Source of the DNA: a virus
Taxonomy: Duplodnaviria; Caudoviricetes
Length of the DNA stretch: 27,638 nt
Strand: one strand, 5' to 3'
Virus record (IMG/VR): IMGVR_UViG_3300008117_000373
Coordinates: 1-27,638 of that record
The notes beneath the pieces are model-generated. The model ran no database searches and was not told the DNA's origin. It was given only the letters and a program-made list of their open reading frames with translations. A program made the translations under genes and the position numbers. Of the stretch, positions 16,024 through 21,652 are shown one piece after another. Within the stretch, counting starts at the first letter, position 1. Each line of letters begins with the position of its first letter.

Positions 16024-16053
16024 TAGGCTTCCAAATTTTAACATTGTATATTC
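16024..16053 (+). promoter_or_regulatory. Promoter motif TAGG-N19-TATATTC
   Basis: Recurrent motif. Confidence 0.75.
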
Positions 16054-16066
16054 AAATAAAAAAGAA

Positions 16067-16342
16067 ATGGAAAAAGCAACATTAGAATTTTATCCAAACG
16101 GATTACAACTGTTATATGTGGTTCAAGGTGGAATGGGTGGATGGGGAAAAGGCTCATCACTACAAGAAGCAACTAAGAATTTCAAAAAGTTTAATAAACG
16201 AACCAAACCATCATTTGTACACGTATTTGCTCTCAAAAGCAAAGCAGAACCTAGTGACGGCTTAAATGACATAGAAGTATCGTGGAATGGAATAACGTAT
16301 CAAACCGATAAAGTAGTATTACTATCTTACACACCATTCTAA
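16067..16342 (+). CDS. Hypothetical protein
   Basis: Cassette ORF. Confidence 0.7.
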   Translation: MEKATLEFYPNGLQLLYVVQGGMGGWGKGSSLQEATKNFKKFNKRTKPSFVHVFALKSKAEPSDGLNDIEVSWNGITYQTDKVVLLSYTPF

Positions 16343-16366
16343 AAAGCAAAAGCTTAATCCAGTAAA

Positions 16367-16396
16367 TAGGAATACGGAGAAACAGATAGTATATTT
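16367..16396 (+). promoter_or_regulatory. Promoter motif TAGG-N19-TATATTT
   Basis: Recurrent motif. Confidence 0.7.
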
Positions 16397-16427
16397 AGTT
16401 CATAATAATTAAAAATAATAAACACAC

Positions 16428-16778
16428 ATGTTCAAATCAACCAACAACCACGGATACCAAATGACATTCCCAAACGGACTAACAATAAGTGTTCAATGGG
16501 GAACAGGAAATTATTGTGACAGAAAAAATCTTAACAGGTCATTATCCGACCCGTATGAAGATCTAAAAACAAACATAATAAACTCAACCACAGCAGAAAT
16601 AGCAGTGTGGGACGAGAACGATAGTGGTAATCTTGTTCCACTAGAGGAGTATGATGATGTGATAGGATATTGTGATACAATTTTTGTAGCAAATATGATC
16701 ACGTTAGTATCACAAGCTAAGGACGGGAATGATTTACAATGGAAATTACAACAGGGAAGAAAAATGTGGGGCAAATAA
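16428..16778 (+). CDS. Hypothetical phage protein
   Basis: GYQMTFPNGLTISVQWGTGNYC...AEIAVW motif. Confidence 0.75.
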   Translation: MFKSTNNHGYQMTFPNGLTISVQWGTGNYCDRKNLNRSLSDPYEDLKTNIINSTTAEIAVWDENDSGNLVPLEEYDDVIGYCDTIFVANMITLVSQAKDGNDLQWKLQQGRKMWGK

Positions 16779-16797
16779 AACCTTCAATCATATATTT
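16768..16797 (+). promoter_or_regulatory. Promoter motif GGGG-N19-TATATTT
   Basis: Recurrent motif. Confidence 0.7.
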
Positions 16798-16822
16798 ACT
16801 TCAAATAAAAAAAGATAACACG

Positions 16823-16969
16823 ATGGTTCAAGATTATTTGGTAATGTGGATACAATGGTATTATGGAGACGCACCATATCCAAATGAGATACAAAATAGA
16901 ATGACGTATGAACAGAAGTTAGAGGCGATAAGAAAAACGAGTGAAATTAAAGAGATATTAGGAAGATAG
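16823..16969 (+). CDS. Hypothetical protein (48 aa)
   Basis: ATG 16823 downstream of promoter. Confidence 0.6.
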   Translation: MVQDYLVMWIQWYYGDAPYPNEIQNRMTYEQKLEAIRKTSEIKEILGR

Positions 16970-16989
16970 GTGACAAGTAAAAATGGTTA

Positions 16990-17090
16990 TGTCATAAGTT
17001 ATTGTGTGTGTTTATGTGTATATGACAAGGATGGGGGTGAATGTGGTAGGTGAGAGTTGTGGAATGGTAACCCCTTTCGCCTGCGCCCCC
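16990..17090 (+). ncRNA. Candidate structured non-coding RNA (two hairpins)
   Basis: TGTCATA/TATGACA stem enclosing TGTGTGTGTTTAT; GC-rich hairpin GGGGGT..GTAGGTGAGA/TTTCGCCTGC-GCCCCC; no ORF. Confidence 0.45.
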
Positions 17091-17134
17091 AAGCCTTTCA
17101 CCTCAAAAGTAGAGATATAAGGATATACATTAAT

Positions 17135-17164
17135 TTGGCTAACTGAAATTTCAATCATATATTT
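17135..17164 (+). promoter_or_regulatory. Promoter motif TTGG-N19-TATATTT
   Basis: Recurrent motif. Confidence 0.75.
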
Positions 17165-17191
17165 AAGTATAATAATTAAAACAAAAACACC

Positions 17192-17401
17192 ATGGGATTT
17201 ACCAATAATGACTCATTTACATTAGGGTGTACATTAGCAAGAATTGCAGGACACCTTGAAGCAACTTCAACTGATGAAAGAATTGATACCAAAACTAGGT
17301 TAAGGTTCCTTCAACTAATGATTGATGAATTTACAAAACTAGATCCTAATTCAGCTTGGATTGAAAAATGGGAAAATATGAAAAAAGAAATTTCAAAGTA
17401 A
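17192..17401 (+). CDS. Hypothetical protein
   Basis: Cassette ORF. Confidence 0.7.
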   Translation: MGFTNNDSFTLGCTLARIAGHLEATSTDERIDTKTRLRFLQLMIDEFTKLDPNSAWIEKWENMKKEISK

Positions 17402-17404
17402 AAT

Positions 17405-17434
17405 TTGGCTTACAAAAGTTTTTAACATATATTT
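17405..17434 (+). promoter_or_regulatory. Promoter motif TTGG-N19-TATATTT driving tRNA/ncRNA unit
   Basis: Recurrent motif. Confidence 0.75.
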
Positions 17435-17453
17435 CTTTCAAATAAAAAAAAAC

Positions 17454-17531
17454 ATGAAACACATCATTCATCACACCACACAACAGTTTTGGAGTTATAG
17501 GTTAGGTTATTTTGAATTGTATATGAATTAG
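17454..17531 (+). CDS. Possible 25-aa peptide
   Basis: MKHIIHHTTQQFWSYRLGYFELYMN after AAAAAC-ATG leader. Confidence 0.35.
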   Translation: MKHIIHHTTQQFWSYRLGYFELYMN

Positions 17532-17536
17532 AGTAT

Positions 17537-17622
17537 GCTCGGGTGGTGGAATAGGTAGACACGCAAGACTTAAAATCTTGTTCCCCTAAAAGAGAGTGCG
17601 GGTTCGATTCCCGCCCCGAGTA
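17537..17622 (+). tRNA. tRNA-Leu(TAA)
   Basis: GCTCGGG/CCCGAGT acceptor, CAAGA-CT TAA AA-TCTTG, long variable arm, GCGGG-TTCGATT-CCCGC. Confidence 0.95.
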
Positions 17623-17627
17623 CAAAT

Positions 17628-17710
17628 AGTCAGGTGGCGACATGGTGTTGTCGTAAATAGAATATCATAGGTCGTAAGCCCTAAATCAGGTTCGAATCCT
17701 GTCCTGACTA
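17628..17710 (+). ncRNA. tRNA-like RNA lacking a canonical anticodon arm
   Basis: Perfect acceptor AGTCAGG/CCTGACT and T-arm CAGG-TTCGAAT-CCTG; the middle folds as GCGACA/TGTCGT and TAGG/CCTA instead. Confidence 0.7.
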
Positions 17711-17778
17711 CTCCTTGTCGAGGCAGTGTTTATCATGTGTGTGTTTTAGGAGGCGTTGTGGTGGCGCCTCCTATTTTT
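17711..17778 (+). ncRNA. Candidate antisense sRNA to early-gene start leaders
   Basis: GTGTTTAT-CATGTGTGTGTTTT followed by terminator; reverse complement of ATAAACAC and AAAACACACACATG. Confidence 0.45.
17747..17778 (+). terminator. Intrinsic terminator
   Basis: TAGGAGGCGTT-gtggt-GGCGCCTCCTA-TTTTT. Confidence 0.9.
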
Positions 17779-17803
17779 CTAAAACGCTTATCTGCGTTTT
17801 TAA

Positions 17804-17833
17804 TAGGAAAACAAAACGCGTGGTCGTATATTT
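17804..17833 (+). promoter_or_regulatory. Promoter motif TAGG-N19-TATATTT
   Basis: Recurrent motif. Confidence 0.7.
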
Positions 17834-17858
17834 AACTTGCACTTAAAAATAATAACAC

Positions 17859-18125
17859 ATGACAAAAAAAGAAATTAGATCCGCAATTAACAAAGCAGTG
17901 TATTTGTATGCCGAATCATTAGGTTATGATATGTCTGACGACAACGATGGCTCGTATGTGACATTTACTAAACCCGATTCCAAAGCAGACGATTCAATTG
18001 ATTACCATCGTTCGTATCACGAAATATATGTTATGAATTGGGCGAGTGATGAAACCAAAGCTGACTCAATATTGATTCATAATTACGCTGTAGCGATGCA
18101 AGATAAATTTAAGGAAAATGATTAG
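17859..18125 (+). CDS. Hypothetical protein
   Basis: AACAC-ATG leader. Confidence 0.75.
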   Translation: MTKKEIRSAINKAVYLYAESLGYDMSDDNDGSYVTFTKPDSKADDSIDYHRSYHEIYVMNWASDETKADSILIHNYAVAMQDKFKEND

Positions 18126-18152
18126 GCTTATAAAACACCACATCATATATTT
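18123..18152 (+). promoter_or_regulatory. Promoter motif TAGG-N19-TATATTT
   Basis: TAG is the upstream stop. Confidence 0.75.
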
Positions 18153-18191
18153 AACTTGTAATAAATAATTAAAACTAAAAAAAACAAAAAC

Positions 18192-18446
18192 ATGAAAAAA
18201 CTAATTGTAGTACTAGCGACAATCGGGATGCTTATATCATGTAAGGATAGTGAAACAGCACAGTTTAGTTCATTAGGAAAACCACATATCATAACAATGT
18301 ATGGTTGTGATGGAAAAATAATTAAACAGTGGGAATCAACAGGATCAGTATCAAATTCGGAGAAATCAGATGGTTGGTATTTTGAAGACACAGCCACCGG
18401 CAAATTAGTAGAAGTAACAGGTACGTTGGTAATTGAGGTTAAGTAA
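18192..18446 (+). CDS. Putative lipoprotein
   Basis: MKKLIVVLATIGMLISC lipoprotein signal. Confidence 0.75.
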   Translation: MKKLIVVLATIGMLISCKDSETAQFSSLGKPHIITMYGCDGKIIKQWESTGSVSNSEKSDGWYFEDTATGKLVEVTGTLVIEVK

Positions 18447-18476
18447 TAGGCTAACAAAATAACACACCATATATTT
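18447..18476 (+). promoter_or_regulatory. Promoter motif TAGG-N19-TATATTT
   Basis: Directly after TAA. Confidence 0.75.
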
Positions 18477-18503
18477 AGAATGTTAAATTTAAAACATAAA
18501 CAC

Positions 18504-18755
18504 ATGACACAATTTGAAATCGATTTGGAAAAAACCATCAATGTAGGTGGAGGCGTTATGCCTAAAGCTATTTGGAATCTAATAATTTCTATTCGCGACT
18601 GTAAGCTTTATTCGAAAGGCCTCAAACCGCACCGCTACTTTAAAATTAGTGATGTGAAATGGTATTTTGGAGTTAGTGGTAGTGCGGATAAGATAGCTGT
18701 ACAATTAGAAGAAATATTAAATCGATATAAAGAACAAATGGCTAATATGAGTTAG
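18504..18755 (+). CDS. Hypothetical protein
   Basis: AAACAC-ATG leader at 18504. Confidence 0.7.
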   Translation: MTQFEIDLEKTINVGGGVMPKAIWNLIISIRDCKLYSKGLKPHRYFKISDVKWYFGVSGSADKIAVQLEEILNRYKEQMANMS

Positions 18756-18782
18756 GCTCATAAGGTACAGCACCGTATATTT
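18753..18782 (+). promoter_or_regulatory. Promoter motif TAGG-N19-TATATTT (cassette without ORF)
   Basis: TAG is the upstream stop; next promoter starts 87 nt later. Confidence 0.7.
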
Positions 18783-18839
18783 AGAATGTTAAATTAATTA
18801 AGTGAAAATAAGTAAATAAAAAAGCAGAATAAGATTAAT

Positions 18840-18869
18840 TAGGCACACCAGAAACAATATAGTATATTT
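18840..18869 (+). promoter_or_regulatory. Promoter motif TAGG-N19-TATATTT
   Basis: Recurrent motif. Confidence 0.75.
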
Positions 18870-18913
18870 AAGTATAAGAAAAATAAATAATAATAACTAA
18901 AAAAAACAAAAAC

Positions 18914-19237
18914 ATGAAAAACAAGAAAAACACCACCACCGAAGTAGTAGTTGTAGAAGTGATTAACAACGAAGTAAAGAAATTGGGCCGACCAGTTAAT
19001 GGATCAAGTAAGCGCCAACAACGAATCGCTGAATTAGAGGCTAAACGAGCAGCTGGAGTATGTAAGAGAGGTAGGCCGACTGTTGCGGGTTCGAAGCGCC
19101 AAGAAACATTAGCCAAGAGAGCCGATAAAGTAGCTAATGGAGGAGAATTGAAGCGTGGACGCCCGGTTAATATGAATAGTAAGCGTCAAGTTGAGTTAGC
19201 CGCTAAGGCTGCCAAAGCGGTTGAGACTGCAAAGTAA
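18914..19237 (+). CDS. Basic protein with three AT-hook-like GRP repeats
   Basis: KLGRPVNGSSKRQ, KRGRPTVAGSKRQ, KRGRPVNMNSKRQ. Confidence 0.75.
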   Translation: MKNKKNTTTEVVVVEVINNEVKKLGRPVNGSSKRQQRIAELEAKRAAGVCKRGRPTVAGSKRQETLAKRADKVANGGELKRGRPVNMNSKRQVELAAKAAKAVETAK

Positions 19238-19260
19238 TTAGAATTGTGAATTAGTAAGGT

Positions 19261-19282
19261 GTGGGACCCGTAAGGGTCCTAC
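19261..19282 (+). other. Stable GNRA-capped hairpin closing the early region
   Basis: GTGGGACCC-GTAA-GGGTCCTAC; no U-tract. Confidence 0.7.
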
Positions 19283-19617
19283 TCCTGTATCCCTGTGTGT
19301 GTACGTACGTACATATATTCTACGTGATATATACCACGCGCGTTATTATCCATATAACGGTACGTGTCCGGAACAAGGGGAATGGACGCGCTTTCAGATC
19401 TTATACAATCTTTTAGGGCGCGATTGTATATATTTATATATGAAACCTAACACTAGAGAAAAAGCCACCCATTGGGTAGCTAACTTCTCTCACTTGTGGG
19501 ATTGAAAATGTACAATCATAAATATAATTTCAGATTAACCCCTTTTGGTAAATCCCTACTTTTCCCACCTTTAAAAAACTTAAAATTTTTTTACATCGAC
19601 AATCTATATATTTATAT

Positions 19618-19647
19618 TTGGATTTCAGAAACCTTATTATTATATTA
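19618..19647 (+). promoter_or_regulatory. Promoter motif TTGG-N19-TATATTA
   Basis: Recurrent motif; ATG 7 nt downstream. Confidence 0.6.
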
Positions 19648-19654
19648 TACCCGT

Positions 19655-19825
19655 ATGAAAGAAAACATCATAACATCAATTTTAACTATCTTCATTTATT
19701 ATTTAATTTTCTCATTTATTAAATGGGATTTAAACATAATGAATTGGGGATGGATATTACGATTATTATTTGTATTTGTAACTTTATATCAATTTAATAA
19801 ATCTATCAATCATGTCAAAAAATAG
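19655..19825 (+). CDS. Small two-TM membrane protein
   Basis: MKENIITSILTIFIYYLIFSFIKW...; start 19655 preferred. Confidence 0.65.
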   Translation: MKENIITSILTIFIYYLIFSFIKWDLNIMNWGWILRLLFVFVTLYQFNKSINHVKK

Positions 19826-19961
19826 TGCACGTCAAACAGTTCAAGCCGTTAAGGAATGGCTCGCGTTTATGAAATTTAAACCTAAGAAGCGTCCTGTGGA
19901 TCCTACATATGAGCATTCTATGAGTGAAATAGTTAATGTTAAGAATTTTAAACGTAAATAA
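19812..19961 (+). CDS. Small basic protein (49 aa)
   Basis: MSKNSARQTVQAVKEWLAFMKFKPKKRP...; fills the gap. Confidence 0.6.
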   Translation: MSKNSARQTVQAVKEWLAFMKFKPKKRPVDPTYEHSMSEIVNVKNFKRK

Positions 19962-19971
19962 GTATATACGT

Positions 19972-20133
19972 ATGGAGATAGGAATTTATATTGTTTTAGC
20001 CTTTATAGCAGGTTTTCTTTTAGATTATTTTATATCTGAGAAAAAAATTAAGGTGCTAGAGGAGCGTATTGAAGCACTTGAACATCTTGTGAACGATCTT
20101 ATTGATTTTAAAAATAATGGGAAAATTAATTAA
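19972..20133 (+). CDS. Small TM plus coiled-coil protein
   Basis: MEIGIYIVLAFIAGFLL...LEERIEALE. Confidence 0.65.
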   Translation: MEIGIYIVLAFIAGFLLDYFISEKKIKVLEERIEALEHLVNDLIDFKNNGKIN

Positions 20134-20578
20134 AACTGTTATAACAACTGCTTTATTAGTTGTTGCACCTTTATTTGCTTATACTCAAAAATTCTCTTTA
20201 AAAGAACATAAAACGTCTTTAACGTTTATTTTTTTAGCTGGTGCTTCTGATGGTGTAAGAGATGCTTCTATGTTCCATATGTGGAATGCTAATAATTGGT
20301 GGAATGGTAGAGAAAGTTGGGAAAATAAATATAAGGACTATCCTAATGATATGTCTGCTGCTTATTGGGGTTCTAAGAATGTACTTGTTTGGACTACTGA
20401 TGCGCCACATTTTTTCAATATGTTCTCTAACCAATTTACTTCCTTCTCTATAGTTACTTATCCTGGTAACTCAGGTAAATTTAAACATATTGTTAGAGAT
20501 GCTATTATATATAATATCACAAGACAAATAGGTCATTCATTAATGTATAAAGTAGTTTTACCTCCAAAGTATGAATAA
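20117..20578 (+). CDS. Secreted/membrane hypothetical protein
   Basis: Signal peptide; WNGRESWENKYK...TDAPHFF. Confidence 0.7.
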   Translation: MGKLIKTVITTALLVVAPLFAYTQKFSLKEHKTSLTFIFLAGASDGVRDASMFHMWNANNWWNGRESWENKYKDYPNDMSAAYWGSKNVLVWTTDAPHFFNMFSNQFTSFSIVTYPGNSGKFKHIVRDAIIYNITRQIGHSLMYKVVLPPKYE

Positions 20579-20579
20579 T

Positions 20580-20609
20580 TTGGCTTTTAGAATTTTATTT
20601 TATATATTT
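20580..20609 (+). promoter_or_regulatory. Promoter motif TTGG-N19-TATATTT
   Basis: Recurrent motif. Confidence 0.7.
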
Positions 20610-20644
20610 ATTGTATATTAATATTAACTAATAATAAACCAAAA

Positions 20645-20830
20645 ATGAAAAAAGTATTTATTTTATTTGCCGCTGTCGCAATGTTCGCTTCATGTACATC
20701 AACAACTACAACTGAAGAGATAGCAACCACTGACACTACTGCTGTCACTACTGTTGATACAACAAAAACAGATACAACTTCTGTTATTAGTGTAACTAAT
20801 AATACTGATACAACTATTGTATCTCAATAA
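20645..20830 (+). CDS. Thr/Asp-rich small lipoprotein
   Basis: MKKVFILFAAVAMFASC then repeated DTT. Confidence 0.75.
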   Translation: MKKVFILFAAVAMFASCTSTTTTEEIATTDTTAVTTVDTTKTDTTSVISVTNNTDTTIVSQ

Positions 20831-20893
20831 TTAGAAATTAAAATTTAGTAGTATTGCCTCATATTTATTAATGTGAGGCAATTTCTCTATACA

Positions 20894-21322
20894 ATGAACT
20901 TGGATAACATATTTAACTTATTCAATGATAATGATGAAAATCAGTTTAATGATGATACATCATTATTAATAGATTTTTCTGATCATCCGCTTTACTGGAT
21001 TGGTGGATTTAGTAAATTAATTAGTAATCAATTATTTTTTAAGAAATTTACTGTTAAAACTTTTCAAAATATTTCTCCTGATTTGAATATTGAGGAATTA
21101 GAAAAAGCTGGAGAGGAATTAATGTTTAGAAAGGCTTGGGAGTATATTAAACCTTTTGATTTATCTAAACCACTTCATATTGATTGCCTTAAAATAAAGG
21201 CTAGTAAGGAATTAATTGATAATCTACAAGCTGCTATTTTATTTTTTGAAGCGTTTGAAGAATATGAAAAATGTGCTCTTTTGAAGAGTATTGAAAGTAA
21301 AACTAAAGAGTTTTTAGACTAG
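20894..21322 (+). CDS. Hypothetical protein with C-terminal UVR-like motif
   Basis: FFEAFEEYEKCALLK. Confidence 0.7.
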   Translation: MNLDNIFNLFNDNDENQFNDDTSLLIDFSDHPLYWIGGFSKLISNQLFFKKFTVKTFQNISPDLNIEELEKAGEELMFRKAWEYIKPFDLSKPLHIDCLKIKASKELIDNLQAAILFFEAFEEYEKCALLKSIESKTKEFLD

Positions 21323-21323
21323 C

Positions 21324-21353
21324 TTGGCCTCTAGCTTTTTTTAACGTATATTG
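21324..21353 (+). promoter_or_regulatory. Promoter motif TTGG-N19-TATATTG
   Basis: Recurrent motif. Confidence 0.7.
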
Positions 21354-21453
21354 TCTCTACGGGTTTTGAGGAAATGAGAAACGTGAGGATAAGGAAACGA
21401 GTAAACGCGCGAATGAGTAAAACGGGGATAAGGAATAAACTAAAATAAATAAT

Positions 21454-21651
21454 ATGAGAAACAGAGAAGCAACACTTCGAAAAATCGATAGTATCGATTC
21501 TAATTTAAATAAAATGATTCTACTTTTAAATCAGGGAGATCGCCAAGCGTGTTATGAACAAGTGGAATCACTTCGTGAACAACTAGATCAACTTAGAACA
21601 TATATTGAATCAGAACCTATCTCAGGTAGTGAACTTAATAATCTAAACTAA
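21454..21651 (+). CDS. Small helical hypothetical protein
   Basis: Coupled to HD gene. Confidence 0.7.
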   Translation: MRNREATLRKIDSIDSNLNKMILLLNQGDRQACYEQVESLREQLDQLRTYIESEPISGSELNNLN

Positions 21652-21652
21652 T

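Noticed and set aside
17628-17710. Calling this tRNA-Thr(CGT) or tRNA-Tyr(GTA)
   Set aside because: No 5-bp anticodon stem with a 7-nt loop can be formed around CGT or GTA.
17686-17747. Antisense tract as the leader of a real minus-strand gene
   Set aside because: The minus-strand ATG opens only 16 codons running into the tRNA-like element, with no promoter motif on that strand. An inverted cassette relic cannot be fully excluded.
10709-18503. Upstream starts in the ORF track at 10709, 14099, 15348, 16739 and 18480
   Set aside because: They begin in, before or immediately after the promoter motif; downstream ATGs with typical leaders or spacing are preferred.
6945-18755. TAG stop-codon reassignment (as in some crAss-like and Lak phages)
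   Set aside because: Long recognisable genes are intact in code 11, TAG-ending ORFs are followed by AT-rich promoters rather than coding continuation, and no CTA-anticodon tRNA is present in the window.
5267-18869. Recurrent intergenic motif as a CRISPR array or integron attC sites
   Set aside because: Units are degenerate, mostly non-palindromic and separated by whole genes. No cas gene, integrase or RYYYAAC/GTTRRRY boxes seen. Geometry and position fit promoters.
19299-19505. 68-aa ORF (and the upstream extension of ORF 19496)
   Set aside because: GTG start inside a GT repeat, atypical composition, no A-rich leader; the region is better read as non-coding.
20262-20453. 63-aa + strand ORF
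   Set aside because: Nested out of frame within ORF 20117-20578.
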